Shown: in pieces, positions 13,310 through 22,685 of the stretch
Numbering within the stretch: position 1 is the first letter of the stretch
Layout: the number at the start of each line of letters is the position of its first letter
From: an uncultured Erysipelotrichaceae bacterium
GTDB taxonomy: Bacteria > Bacillota_I > Bacilli_A > Erysipelotrichales > Erysipelotrichaceae
Length of the DNA: 32,000 nucleotides
Direction: 5' to 3'
NCBI GenBank assembly: GCA_942492995.1
Contig: OW818653.1
Location: forward strand, 1,020,001 to 1,052,000
Position numbers and translations under genes: made by a program
Notes under the pieces: generated by a model
What the model saw: only the letters and a program-made list of their open reading frames with translations
Database searches by the model: none
What the model was told of the DNA's origin: nothing

Positions 13310-13340
13310 AAAAAGAGTTCATTAATTTGAACTCTTTTGT
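13308..13340. terminator. Bidirectional terminator between the convergent rluA-like gene and adhE
   Basis: AAGAGTTC-8 nt loop-GAACTCTT, flanked by an A-run upstream and a T-run downstream. Confidence 0.8.
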
Positions 13341-13344
13341 GTAA

Positions 13345-15981
13345 TTAGACTGTCTTGTATGCTTTCTTCAAGATTTCTTGCATATCCTTAACTAATGCTA
13401 GTTTAGGATTACATGGTGTACATTGATCCTCAAACGCTAAGTAAGAAATCATTTCCATATCTTGATTAAATGCTTCATCTGTAATACCTTGATCCGCAAA
13501 ACTCATCTTAATACCACATTCAACCGCTAAGTTATGACATGCTTGTGCATAACTCTCAACACCTTGTTCAAGTGTTTCAGCAGGTAGTCCTAATAAACGA
13601 GCTAGTTCAGCGTATTTTTCATCCGCTTTATAGTAATTATACTTAGGCCATGTGGAAGGTTTTGATGGGAATGTACCATTGTAACGAATTACATGTGGCA
13701 TTAAGATTGCGTTAGCACGTCCATGAGGGATATGCCATTGTGCACCTACTTTATGCGCTAATGAGTGATTAATTCCTAAGAAACTATTCGCAAATGCCAT
13801 ACCTGCTAATGTGGATGCGTTATGAATTTTTTCACGTGCTTCTGGATCATACTTACCATTCTTAACTGCTCTTGGTAAGTATTGGAATACCATTTTGATT
13901 GCTTGAAGACATAAACCATCCGTGAAATCACTTGCTAAGATTGAGACAAACGCTTCAGTCGCATGCGTTAATACATCTAATCCTGTATCAGCTGTAACAC
14001 TTGCTGGAAGATTCATTGTAAGTGTTGAATCGATAATCGCAACCGTTGGAGTTAATGAATAATCCGCTAATGGATATTTCTTATTAACACGTTTGTCGGT
14101 TAATACTGCGAAAGGTGTAACTTCACTACCCGTACCTGATGTCGTTGGAATACATACAAGTTGTGTTTTCTTACCCATTTCTGGATAACGGAAAGCACGT
14201 TTACGAATGTCCATGAATTTTTGTTTAAGATCATCGAAATCAACCGTTGGATTTTCATAGAATAACCACATACCCTTCGCCGCATCCATTGGTGAACCTC
14301 CACCTAATGCGACAATTGTATCCGGTCTAAATGCTTTCATCAACTCATACCCTTTACGTACAGTATCCATTGATGGATCTGGTTCAACATCACAGAATAA
14401 TTGAATTTGAACTTGATTACGTCTTAAGTTTAATTGTTCAGTAATCTTAGATACATAACCTAAGTCAACCATTTGACGGTCAGTAACGATGAATACGCGT
14501 TCCACATCCTTCATTTGTTGTAAATATTGGATTGAGTTGCGTTCAAAGTAAATCTTTGATGGAATTTTAAACCATTGCATATTGTTATTTCTGCGTCCTA
14601 AGCGCTTGATGTTTAATAAGTTAACAGCGGATACGTTATTTGAAACAGAGTTATGACCGTATGATCCACAACCTAATGTTAGAGATGGGATAAACGCATT
14701 ATAGACATTACCGATACCACCGAACGTTGCTGGTGAATTCCAGATTACACGAATTGCTTTAACGATTAGGGCAAATTCATCCGCGATTTCTTTTGATTCT
14801 GTATGAATAGCGGCTGAATGACCTAAACCATTGAAATCAACCATTTGTTTCGCATAATTTAAGCCTTCTTGAGTTGATTTACTTGTAATAAACGCAAGTA
14901 CAGTACTCAATTTTTCTTTCGTCATTGGTTCTTTAGGACCAATTTCCTTAACAAATACCCCTAATAAGATTGTACTCTCAGGAACTTTAAAACCTGCTTG
15001 TTCCGCAATCCACTTCGCATCACGACCTACTACTGCTGGATTTAAGTTCGCATCTGGATTACATGCGCCAGATGTTGAAGTTGTATTAAACATGAATTGT
15101 TCAAGTTTAGCTTTTTCTTCTGTAGATACAAAGTAAACTCCATACTTCTTGAATAATTCGATCGATTGTTTCTCAATCTCTTTATCCATAATGACACATT
15201 GTTCAGATGCACAAATCATTCCATTATCGAATGCTTTTGACATGACAATATCATTCACAGCTTGACGTACATTACATGATTTTTCCATGTATGCTGGTAC
15301 ATTACCTGCCCCAACACCTAATGCTGGTTTACCACAAGAATACGCTGCTTTAACCATCGCATTGCCACCTGTTGCTAGGATTGTTGCGACATCAGGATGA
15401 TTCATTAAATCTGCTGTTGCCTCTTTAGAAGGTAGATCAATCCATTGGATACAATTCTCAGGTGCACCTGCTTTAACCGCTGCTTCACGCACAATACGTG
15501 CAGCTTCAGATGAACAGTTTTGAGCACTTGGATGGAAAGAGAAAATAATTGGATTACGTGTTTTTAATGCGATTAGACATTTGAATATTACAGTCGAAGT
15601 AGGATTTGTGACTGGCGTAATTCCTGCCACTACACCAACAGGTTCCGCAATTTCAGTTATCCCTGTCACATCATCTTCACTGATTATACCGACCGTCTTT
15701 AGATGACGCATATGATTAATGACATATTCACACGCAAATAAGTTCTTAGTTGCTTTATCTTCAAATACTCCACGTTGTGTTTCTTTTACAGCCAATAAAG
15801 CTAAATCACCGTGTTTGTCTAATGCCGCAACAGATGCTTTAGCGACAATGTAATTTACTTCTTCTTGATTTAACTTCAAGAAACCTTCAAGCGCCACAAC
15901 ACCTTTATGCACTAACATATCGACTTCATTTACTGCGTTTTCAACATTCAATATCTCTTCTAAAACAGATTGTTTTTTCAT
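13345..15981 (-). CDS. adhE: Bifunctional acetaldehyde-CoA/alcohol dehydrogenase
   Basis: 878 aa. N-terminal aldehyde dehydrogenase half (ICASEQ catalytic Cys context) and C-terminal iron-ADH half ([10 protein letters not shown] and the histidine-rich H.LAHK.G...H.PHG). RBS AAGGAGA. Confidence 0.98.
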   Translation of the reverse strand: MKKQSVLEEILNVENAVNEVDMLVHKGVVALEGFLKLNQEEVNYIVAKASVAALDKHGDLALLAVKETQRGVFEDKATKNLFACEYVINHMRHLKTVGIISEDDVTGITEIAEPVGVVAGITPVTNPTSTVIFKCLIALKTRNPIIFSFHPSAQNCSSEAARIVREAAVKAGAPENCIQWIDLPSKEATADLMNHPDVATILATGGNAMVKAAYSCGKPALGVGAGNVPAYMEKSCNVRQAVNDIVMSKAFDNGMICASEQCVIMDKEIEKQSIELFKKYGVYFVSTEEKAKLEQFMFNTTSTSGACNPDANLNPAVVGRDAKWIAEQAGFKVPESTILLGVFVKEIGPKEPMTKEKLSTVLAFITSKSTQEGLNYAKQMVDFNGLGHSAAIHTESKEIADEFALIVKAIRVIWNSPATFGGIGNVYNAFIPSLTLGCGSYGHNSVSNNVSAVNLLNIKRLGRRNNNMQWFKIPSKIYFERNSIQYLQQMKDVERVFIVTDRQMVDLGYVSKITEQLNLRRNQVQIQLFCDVEPDPSMDTVRKGYELMKAFRPDTIVALGGGSPMDAAKGMWLFYENPTVDFDDLKQKFMDIRKRAFRYPEMGKKTQLVCIPTTSGTGSEVTPFAVLTDKRVNKKYPLADYSLTPTVAIIDSTLTMNLPASVTADTGLDVLTHATEAFVSILASDFTDGLCLQAIKMVFQYLPRAVKNGKYDPEAREKIHNASTLAGMAFANSFLGINHSLAHKVGAQWHIPHGRANAILMPHVIRYNGTFPSKPSTWPKYNYYKADEKYAELARLLGLPAETLEQGVESYAQACHNLAVECGIKMSFADQGITDEAFNQDMEMISYLAFEDQCTPCNPKLALVKDMQEILKKAYKTV

Positions 15982-15991
15982 CGAAATCTCC

Positions 15992-16009
15992 TTGTGTTAT
16001 TTTTCACAA
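15992..16009. promoter_or_regulatory. Rex-type operator, box A (TTGTGTTATTTTTCACAA)
   Basis: 18-mer close to the Firmicute Rex consensus TTGTGAA-N4-TTCACAA. It lies between the predicted -10 and the adhE RBS. Confidence 0.6.
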
Positions 16010-16013
16010 GTTA

Positions 16014-16042
16014 ACGATATTACTAACCTAAAGTACTGTCAA
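16014..16042 (-). promoter_or_regulatory. adhE promoter TTGACA-N17-TATCGT
   Basis: Minus strand: consensus -35 at 16042-16037 and a weak -10 at 16019-16014. It is flanked on both sides by Rex boxes. Confidence 0.45.
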
Positions 16043-16048
16043 GATGTT

Positions 16049-16066
16049 TTGTTAATCAATTCACAA
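16049..16066. promoter_or_regulatory. Rex-type operator, box B (TTGTTAATCAATTCACAA)
   Basis: 13 of the 14 conserved positions match the Rex consensus. Immediately upstream of the -35. Confidence 0.6.
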
Positions 16067-16139
16067 GTAAGCGATTTCATTTTTATTCTTTTTTTGATTG
16101 TGAAAAAATGATATTTCTGAACTCAAAAATATATTCTAT

Positions 16140-16157
16140 TTGTGCATTATTTCACAA
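16140..16157. promoter_or_regulatory. Rex-type operator, box C (TTGTGCATTATTTCACAA)
   Basis: 12 of the 14 conserved positions match the Rex consensus. About 100 bp upstream of the adhE promoter, abutting the patatin-gene terminator. Confidence 0.55.
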
Positions 16158-16177
16158 AAAAAGCACATTTACTGTGC
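16156..16177 (-). terminator. Terminator of the patatin gene/lipid operon
   Basis: Minus strand GCACA-GTAAA-TGTGC followed by TTTTTTT. The stop codon is in the loop. Confidence 0.65.
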
Positions 16178-17029
16178 CTTTTGTTCTAGAAATTTAACGA
16201 TTAACTCTTTCTTAGCTTCACAATCACTTCTACCTAAATCATACATACCCTGAACTTGTTCAAGTGTTGCACTAAATCGTTTAGCCCCAAAATCTTTACT
16301 TGGTTGAAGATGGATAATCTTCCCCTCTTTTTCGAGTTTACGAACTAAATCCATTTCACGATTATAGACATCTTTACGTTTTCTAAAATCACTCAATAAC
16401 GTTTTATATTTAAAATAGAATAGATCTAAGAAAAATTGTGTTACAGGTCCATTATCTTTACGTACAAAATTACTTGGTTTTGTCGTAACTACGATAAATT
16501 TATCGACATTATGATGTAATGCTCTTTCTACTGGAATCATTGTAGTGACTCCACCATCCATAAACCATTCACCATTAACCTTTACATTACGTCCTGCAAT
16601 CGGTAATGTACAAGCTGCTTGTAAGAGTTTAATCTTATCATCCATATCATTTTGGTTATACCAAACCGTCTTCTGTTGAGCAAGTTTATATATCCCAAAT
16701 TCAACTAAAGAATCGATTTTTCTTAAACGTTCTGCAGTTAAATTTAATTGTTTTGTAAGAATTGTATCAAACATATAGTTATATCCAACGGGTGTTCCTT
16801 CTCTTAATAGAGCTCTCAGACCAACATTATTTGGATGTACTGCAAAATCTACGGATGAATCATGTAATAACTTTACATCCTTCATTGCTAAACTACAGGC
16901 ATGCATTGCGCCAGATGATATCCCAATATGAATATCAAACTCAATATTATTCTCAATAAACCATGCACAAACACCGGCAGTATAAGCCCCTCTAAGACCG
17001 CCACCCTCAAGTACAATCGCTGTTTTCAT
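16169..17029 (-). CDS. Patatin-like phospholipase
   Basis: 286 aa. Oxyanion GGGLRGAY, nucleophile elbow GISSGA (G-x-S-x-G) and catalytic DGG. RBS TAGGAGAA. Confidence 0.87.
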   Translation of the reverse strand: MKTAIVLEGGGLRGAYTAGVCAWFIENNIEFDIHIGISSGAMHACSLAMKDVKLLHDSSVDFAVHPNNVGLRALLREGTPVGYNYMFDTILTKQLNLTAERLRKIDSLVEFGIYKLAQQKTVWYNQNDMDDKIKLLQAACTLPIAGRNVKVNGEWFMDGGVTTMIPVERALHHNVDKFIVVTTKPSNFVRKDNGPVTQFFLDLFYFKYKTLLSDFRKRKDVYNREMDLVRKLEKEGKIIHLQPSKDFGAKRFSATLEQVQGMYDLGRSDCEAKKELIVKFLEQKAQ

Positions 17030-17039
17030 TCCTGTTCTC

Positions 17040-18557
17040 CTATAATAAAGTACTAAACATATTCAAAATAGCACGCCATAATTTTACCACAATATTCACA
17101 TTCTTCGCTTCTTCATATGTAATCTCAACACATTTAGATAACGTGTCTTTACAATCCTTCACAATATCGATGATACTTGGATCATCAATAAGTAATGCGC
17201 CACATTCAAAATGTAAGAAATAACTTCTGAAATCTAAGTTTGTCGTCCCTATAATCGCAACACGATCATCCGCAACCATAACCTTCGCATGTAAGAACCC
17301 TGGTAAATACTCGTATATGCGTACTCCATTTTTAGTTAAGTATTCATAATTACTACGTGTTACCGCAAATACATATTTTTTATCTGGAATATGAGGTACC
17401 ATAATTCGAACATCTACACCGCTTTTTGCCGCATTAATTAATGCGATAATCATTTCATAACCGATAACTAAATAAGGCGTCATGATATAGATATATTTTG
17501 ATGCGCTATTGATTAGATTTAAATGCGTAAACTGACTTACGGGTTCTTCATCGGTTGGACTATCTGAAAATGTTTGTACATACCCCACCTTATCAAAGTG
17601 TTGTGGAGCTCCTAAATACCATGAATAATCCGATGTTTCTTTAGATACATGTTCATAGAATTGTAAAAACATTAAACTCAAACTATAAACAGCTTCACCT
17701 TCAAACTGAATAGCCACATCTTTCCAATGTCCAAAAGGACTAATTCGATTGATATACTCATCAGCTAGATTCATACCACCGATAAATCCAATACGTCCAT
17801 CTACTACCGCAATCTTACGATGATCACGATTATTCATATAGATTGCTAAGATTGGTCTTAAAGGATTAAACGCAAAACACTTTATTCCACATGCTCTACA
17901 ATCTTCCACAAACTCATATGGGAGTGATTTACTTCCGGCATCATCATAGATTAATTTAACATCAACACCTTGTTTAACTTTATCGCACAAGATTTGCTTA
18001 ATTGTTTCCCAGACATATCCTTCTTTTATAATGAAATACTCTAGAAGAATGAATTTTTCTGCAGATTTTAACGCATTAACCAACGCTTCAAACTTAGCCT
18101 CTCCACTCGATAAATACGTAATTTTTGTATTCTTATAGACTGGAAATCCAGTATTATCGTATAAATAACGTACTTGGCGTAAATACTCTTTCTCACTAAT
18201 TGAATCGAAAACTTCTTTATCTTGGATAAGAATCGCTTGTCCATTATTCAATTGTTTTATTCCAGTTCGAATATCTTTTGGTACTTTACGTCCACCAAAC
18301 ATTAGGTATGTTATTCCCCCAACAAGTGGTACACCTAAAATAAAGATAATCCATGTCATCTTATACGATGGATTATCATTTTTATTAATAATATAGATTA
18401 CGATAAAAAAATTAAGGCCTTGTAAAATAAAATAGAATTCTGTCAATTGAACACTTAACTGATAAATAAGCGTATAAATAATACCTAATTGTAAAAGAAT
18501 TAGAACACTTACGCTAATCGGTTTTTTTACCAAGAAATTTATCAGTCGTTTCATCAT
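17040..18557 (-). CDS. cls: Cardiolipin synthase (phospholipase D superfamily)
   Basis: 505 aa. Two N-terminal TM helices and two HKD motifs (HRKIAVVDGRIGFIGGMN and HAKVMVADDRVAIIGTTN). The start ATG directly abuts the upstream stop (TAAATG). Confidence 0.93.
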   Translation of the reverse strand: MMKRLINFLVKKPISVSVLILLQLGIIYTLIYQLSVQLTEFYFILQGLNFFIVIYIINKNDNPSYKMTWIIFILGVPLVGGITYLMFGGRKVPKDIRTGIKQLNNGQAILIQDKEVFDSISEKEYLRQVRYLYDNTGFPVYKNTKITYLSSGEAKFEALVNALKSAEKFILLEYFIIKEGYVWETIKQILCDKVKQGVDVKLIYDDAGSKSLPYEFVEDCRACGIKCFAFNPLRPILAIYMNNRDHRKIAVVDGRIGFIGGMNLADEYINRISPFGHWKDVAIQFEGEAVYSLSLMFLQFYEHVSKETSDYSWYLGAPQHFDKVGYVQTFSDSPTDEEPVSQFTHLNLINSASKYIYIMTPYLVIGYEMIIALINAAKSGVDVRIMVPHIPDKKYVFAVTRSNYEYLTKNGVRIYEYLPGFLHAKVMVADDRVAIIGTTNLDFRSYFLHFECGALLIDDPSIIDIVKDCKDTLSKCVEITYEEAKNVNIVVKLWRAILNMFSTLL

Positions 18558-19334
18558 TTAGATTCGATAATTATGATTGATAGAAAGAGGTAACCCCTTA
18601 AGAATTTCTTCTACCAAACCAATCCTTTCCTTTTCAAGTAATGTAAATGGTTTATGAGCATCAAAGCTGTAGAGACATTCAACATTAAACTTCGAAACAA
18701 CTTCCCAGAAAGATCTAAAAGGATATGGGTAGACATGTAAATTCTGATAATTATACTTACCATAACGTACACCATTAAGGTTAATTTCAAGCGCTACATT
18801 ATTCTCTTCAGCTGCTTGTGCAATGATACGTGCAGCTTCATCACATGCAGGCGTCCAAGTTCTACGTCCTAACATGAAATAATCTGGATGGGCAATAAAC
18901 GATACCAAGCCACTTTCCATCGCAGCTTTTACTTGATTCGCATATACAATCACATCTTCATCGTTCGCGAATTGATCGTATGAATAATGATCTAATATCT
19001 TATTGTGTTGTCCACAAATTAAATAATCACAGCGTGCTAATATTTCTTTATAGTACTCATTATATTCTGGGAAATATTCAAGTTCAAAACCAAGTTTAAT
19101 CTCAATTTTATCTTTATACTTAACTTTTAAATCTTCAATACTATTTATATAATCATCAATTTGATCATAATTCATTCGTTCACTAGGATGTATAACTGAT
19201 TTAAAGGGAATATGGTCACTAAAACCAAGTACTTTAAAACCTGCCTCAATCGCAGCTAAAACATACTGTTCATCTTCACCATTCGCATGTCCACAACGTT
19301 CAGTGTGGGTATGATAGTTATAATCCATGTTCAC
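18558..19334 (-). CDS. PHP-family phosphoesterase (HisJ-type histidinol-phosphatase-like)
   Basis: 258 aa. N-terminal YHTHTERCGHA metal-binding motif, then later SDH and AHPD motifs. Confidence 0.8.
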   Translation of the reverse strand: MNMDYNYHTHTERCGHANGEDEQYVLAAIEAGFKVLGFSDHIPFKSVIHPSERMNYDQIDDYINSIEDLKVKYKDKIEIKLGFELEYFPEYNEYYKEILARCDYLICGQHNKILDHYSYDQFANDEDVIVYANQVKAAMESGLVSFIAHPDYFMLGRRTWTPACDEAARIIAQAAEENNVALEINLNGVRYGKYNYQNLHVYPYPFRSFWEVVSKFNVECLYSFDAHKPFTLLEKERIGLVEEILKGLPLSINHNYRI

Positions 19335-20166
19335 TTTCCTTATTTATCTTAAGAACCATTTCAATGGCTTCCGCAACGCTCTTAACAATATAATGACTAC
19401 TTTCTTTAATGATATCATCAGAATGACTCATTGCGAAACTATATGGAGATACTTGTAACATTGTAATATCATTCATTGAATCACCTATGACAGCTACTTC
19501 AGTTGGTTTATATCCTTTGAGTGCCATTAATTCTAAGAGTGCATTCCCTTTTGAGATACCTTTAGGCATTAATTCTACATTCTCTGCCCCAGAGTAGATT
19601 ACATCAAACCGGTCACCATATTCCTTCTCAAAGAAATCCAATAGAACATCACGATCTTTAACTGATTTAACTAATCCAACTAACTTATTAAACGGTGGTT
19701 TCGTTTCATCTTTTACCCATTCTGATAATGGTTCTTTACTCATGTATTTGAAAACACCTTGTTTATGTAATTCATAAAATCGTGCATAAGGTTCACGATC
19801 AACATATTGAAATACATGATCGCCATTCGAGTTAATCCCAAGGAAATTAACTTCAACAGGTGACTTTTTTAATGTCTCTAGTACATCTTTAGTGTCTTGA
19901 TGTGTTAACCCATGATCACATAGAACCTCATCATCTAATACAACATTACATCCATTCATTCCAATCGCATCGACTTGAAATCCAAATTCTTTTTCTAAGA
20001 TTAATCGATAAAAATGATCTCTTCCACTCGCCATCATAAATCGAACACCGGATTCATGAAGTTTTATAACTGCCTCATGATTCTCTAAGGTAATGTCTCT
20101 TGAATGATTATCCGATTCATTGTATAACAGCGTCCCATCCATATCACTTACAAATAACTTAATCAT
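19318..20166 (-). CDS. Cof-type HAD-IIB phosphatase
   Basis: 282 aa. Motif I FVSDMDGTLL and motif IV IGDSMNDITML. Its 3' end overlaps the PHP gene by 17 nt. Confidence 0.87.
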   Translation of the reverse strand: MIKLFVSDMDGTLLYNESDNHSRDITLENHEAVIKLHESGVRFMMASGRDHFYRLILEKEFGFQVDAIGMNGCNVVLDDEVLCDHGLTHQDTKDVLETLKKSPVEVNFLGINSNGDHVFQYVDREPYARFYELHKQGVFKYMSKEPLSEWVKDETKPPFNKLVGLVKSVKDRDVLLDFFEKEYGDRFDVIYSGAENVELMPKGISKGNALLELMALKGYKPTEVAVIGDSMNDITMLQVSPYSFAMSHSDDIIKESSHYIVKSVAEAIEMVLKINKESEHGL

Positions 20167-20186
20167 AAAATCCTTCTTTCCATTTT

Positions 20187-20215
20187 ATTATGCCAAACTC
20201 TATCTCTATGAACAA
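20187..20215 (-). promoter_or_regulatory. Promoter TTGTTC-N17-CATAAT upstream of the HAD-PHP-cls-patatin block
   Basis: Minus strand: -35 at 20215-20210 and -10 at 20192-20187, then RBS GAAAGAAGGA. Confidence 0.4.
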
Positions 20216-20221
20216 GGTTGT

Positions 20222-20668
20222 TTACAGATGCTTAACAAATATCGCTTTTTCACGATCACCTTGGGCATATAGTACATGATTTCTAGGTACAATGACTGTT
20301 TTTATATACTCACAGCCCGCTAATTCGCATGTTCGATAGGAAGCTAAATTATCTGTATTACAGGTAATGATTAGATCTTTTAACTTGAAGTACTCAGCTT
20401 GTTTAAACATTAGAAGACATGCTTTAGCCGCATAATGATGTCCTCGATATGGAACATAAATGGTATAACCAATATGCCCTGCTAAATCAAGTGTAATTGA
20501 ATTCCCGAGTCTTAAATCACATCTGCCTACAATTCGATTCGATTCATTAACTATGACATCATAAACATAGGATAATCCCCAACCTTCTGGGTCATTATCC
20601 TTATATTTACTTACATATTTTAAATGAATTTCACCGTCATCTAGGACTGGGCTTTTCTTAAAGAACAT
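20222..20668 (-). CDS. GNAT-family N-acetyltransferase
   Basis: Roughly 150 aa. Central GHIGYTIYVPYRGHHYAAKA segment and C-terminal NLAS....ELAGC typical of the GNAT fold. The ORF track uses GTG at 20677; the ATG at 20668 (MFFKK) is my preferred start. Neither has a good RBS. Confidence 0.72.
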   Translation of the reverse strand: MFFKKSPVLDDGEIHLKYVSKYKDNDPEGWGLSYVYDVIVNESNRIVGRCDLRLGNSITLDLAGHIGYTIYVPYRGHHYAAKACLLMFKQAEYFKLKDLIITCNTDNLASYRTCELAGCEYIKTVIVPRNHVLYAQGDREKAIFVKHL

Positions 20669-20716
20669 GGTTATCACGTGTCTTAATTATAACAAAGTTT
20701 GACATCACTTAATAGA

Positions 20717-22291
20717 CTACTTACCAGAATCCCCATAATTGCTTAACGCACGAGCAGATGGATCCTTGACATCACTACCTACCCATTCTTTATTTGGCAT
20801 CCAGAAATCAGTTATTAAATGACTCATTTCAGGATAGTGTAACTCAAACAAATCACGATACCAAAGTGCTTCTTTTGTAAAAGGTGTGTTATGTGGATAT
20901 TTAAGTGATGCATTTTTTACATCATCTTCGCTGTATAATTTTTCTGCATGTAGTTTTAATTGATCAACCATGGAATGACCTACCGCATCTGAGAATGCGG
21001 CTTTTTCACGCCATAATATTGATTCAGGAATTAGATCATCTTTCTCAAACGCTTTACGTAAGAGATACTTTCCTTTTCCACTCTTATTCAATTTAAGTTC
21101 AGGTTCAATCGACATAACTTCTTTTACAAACGCTAAATCTCCAAATGGTACGCGCGCTTCAAGTGACCATGCCGCAATACATCGATCCGCACGTAAAACA
21201 TCATACTCATACAGTTCCTCTAAACGTTTTTCACTTTCCTTCTGAAAAGCTTCAGCGCTTGGCGCAAAATCAGTGTACTTATATCCAAATAATTCATCAC
21301 TTATTTCACCTGTAAGAATAACTTTTATATCTGTCTTCTCTTTGATGTATCGTGATAATAAATACATGCCTAAGGAAGCACGAATTGTGGTGATATCATA
21401 CGTCTCTAAATGATAAATAACGTAAGGAAGGGCTTCTAATACATCCTTGAACGACATTGTGACTTCATAATGTTCACTACCAATATAATCCGCTACAATC
21501 TTAGCGTATTTTAAATCAATCGCATCCTTTTCCATCCCAATCGCAAACGTCACAATTGGTTGTTTAGTATAACGTGCCGCAATCGCAGACACAAGCGATG
21601 AATCCAATCCACCACTCAATAGATATCCAATTGGAACATCTGACATCATTCTTTTCTTAACCGCATCCATTAATTTATGTTTTATTTTAGATAAAGCTAA
21701 TACTTCATCTTTGATTTGATAGGTAACTTCTTTAATATCAGTATAACGAATCCATTCACCATCATAATAAATTGTCCCAATTGGGAAAGGCTTAATGCCA
21801 TCACAAATACTAATTAATGCTTTAGCCTCAGACGCAAATGCAATTTTACCAGTATCTTTTAAATAACCATAGAACAAAGGTCTAATTCCAATCGGATCAC
21901 GTCCAGCAACAACGATATCTAATTCTTTGTCATAAATAACAAACGCACATTCCGCATCTAGATAGGGTCCCATTTTTTTACCGTACTCTAAATACAACGG
22001 TAATAACACTTCACAATCTGAATGTGACGTATATCGATACTCACTAAATACCTCTTTTAAATACAATTCATTATAAATCTCACCATTACACATAACGATT
22101 AAGCGATCTGTAATAAATGGTTGCATACCCTTTTCACTAATATCCATAATAGCTAAGCGATGAAAACCAAAAATACCATGTTTATCTTTATGGATAATCG
22201 CTTGATCAGGACCACGATGAGCAATCGTATTAAACGCTGTTAAAAACTTCGATTCTTCTAATTCACCTTCACAAAATATTAACCCGCACAT
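20717..22291 (-). CDS. asnB: Asparagine synthase (glutamine-hydrolysing)
   Basis: Ntn amidotransferases need Cys directly after Met, and MCGLIFCEG begins at 22291 with RBS GGAGGAAAG. The SGGLDSS PP-loop is present. The 30-aa extension in the ORF track is the T-box terminator region. Confidence 0.95.
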   Translation of the reverse strand: MCGLIFCEGELEESKFLTAFNTIAHRGPDQAIIHKDKHGIFGFHRLAIMDISEKGMQPFITDRLIVMCNGEIYNELYLKEVFSEYRYTSHSDCEVLLPLYLEYGKKMGPYLDAECAFVIYDKELDIVVAGRDPIGIRPLFYGYLKDTGKIAFASEAKALISICDGIKPFPIGTIYYDGEWIRYTDIKEVTYQIKDEVLALSKIKHKLMDAVKKRMMSDVPIGYLLSGGLDSSLVSAIAARYTKQPIVTFAIGMEKDAIDLKYAKIVADYIGSEHYEVTMSFKDVLEALPYVIYHLETYDITTIRASLGMYLLSRYIKEKTDIKVILTGEISDELFGYKYTDFAPSAEAFQKESEKRLEELYEYDVLRADRCIAAWSLEARVPFGDLAFVKEVMSIEPELKLNKSGKGKYLLRKAFEKDDLIPESILWREKAAFSDAVGHSMVDQLKLHAEKLYSEDDVKNASLKYPHNTPFTKEALWYRDLFELHYPEMSHLITDFWMPNKEWVGSDVKDPSARALSNYGDSGK

Positions 22292-22306
22292 GAGCTTTCC
22301 TCCAAT

Positions 22307-22552
22307 AAAAAACAGTCCTATCCCATAGGGACGAAGACTGTGTTGCTCCGCGGTACCACCCTTATTACCAAAATTGGTCACTTTATCAGGTTCAATTAAA
22401 CCCTATTCTTATAACGGAGAAAACCGGCACATCCTACTTGATTCGGACTACAGCTCTAAGGGGTTACAGATATTAAGATTCCGGTTGGCCTTACACCAGA
22501 CCCAACTCGCTTTACGGATGACTTAATACTACATATCCTTTTCGTTGCTTTT
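22307..22552 (-). promoter_or_regulatory. T-box riboswitch leader controlling asnB
   Basis: Minus strand shows stem I with a GA/K-turn-like base (AGCAACGA...AGAGCT), AGTA, an AG-bulge-like AGCGAG, and the distal loop GGTGTAA. The conserved T-box sequence AATAAGGGTGGTACCGCGG lies at about 22366-22348. The terminator ACAGTCTT..TCCC-TAT-GGGA..AGGACTGT plus TTTTT lies at 22341-22307. An AAC (Asn) triplet sits at 22465-22463 on the 3' side of the specifier bulge. Confidence 0.85.
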
Positions 22553-22558
22553 TAATAG

Positions 22559-22567
22559 AATATACCA
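22559..22567 (-). promoter_or_regulatory. Extended -10 (TGGTATATT) of the asnB/T-box promoter
   Basis: The minus strand reads TTTACATTTACATTAATTTGGTATATT, and stem I begins about 9 nt downstream. Confidence 0.45.
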
Positions 22568-22636
22568 AATTAATGTAAATGTAAATAATTATTTTCTGTA
22601 AATTAAATATTTATTTACATTACTATAACAAGCATT

Positions 22637-22660
22637 AAAAAGAGTCGATTTCTCGACTCT
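22637..22660 (-). terminator. Terminator after the PTS EIIC gene
   Basis: 8-bp stem AGAGTCGA/TCGACTCT with a 4-nt loop, then TTTTAAT on the minus strand. Confidence 0.75.
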
Positions 22661-22685
22661 AGTTGGGCAATGATTTGATTGTGTA

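Noticed and set aside
16098-16115. Fourth Rex box TTGTGAAAAAATGATATT
   Set aside because: Only the left half-site matches and the right half is unrelated to TTCACAA. It is kept only as a half-site mention.
20222-20677. The GNAT gene as the toxin of a GNAT/RHH toxin-antitoxin pair or a resistance acetyltransferase
   Set aside because: There is no small antitoxin-like ORF upstream or downstream. The gene is embedded between housekeeping genes with no mobile-element signatures. Nothing in the sequence supports a specific substrate.
22292-22381. 30-aa N-terminal extension of the asnB ORF (MTNFGNKGGTAEQHSLRPYGIGLFFIGGKL)
   Set aside because: Glutamine-hydrolysing asparagine synthases need Cys as the first residue after Met removal, and MCGLIF starts at 22291 behind GGAGGAAAG. 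The extension coincides with the T-box sequence and terminator.
22561-22625. Short AT-rich repeats considered as a CRISPR remnant or insertion-sequence end
   Set aside because: The repeat unit is only 7 nt with no regular spacers. There is no transposase or cas gene, and there are no flanking direct repeats. This is ordinary promoter-region AT-rich DNA.
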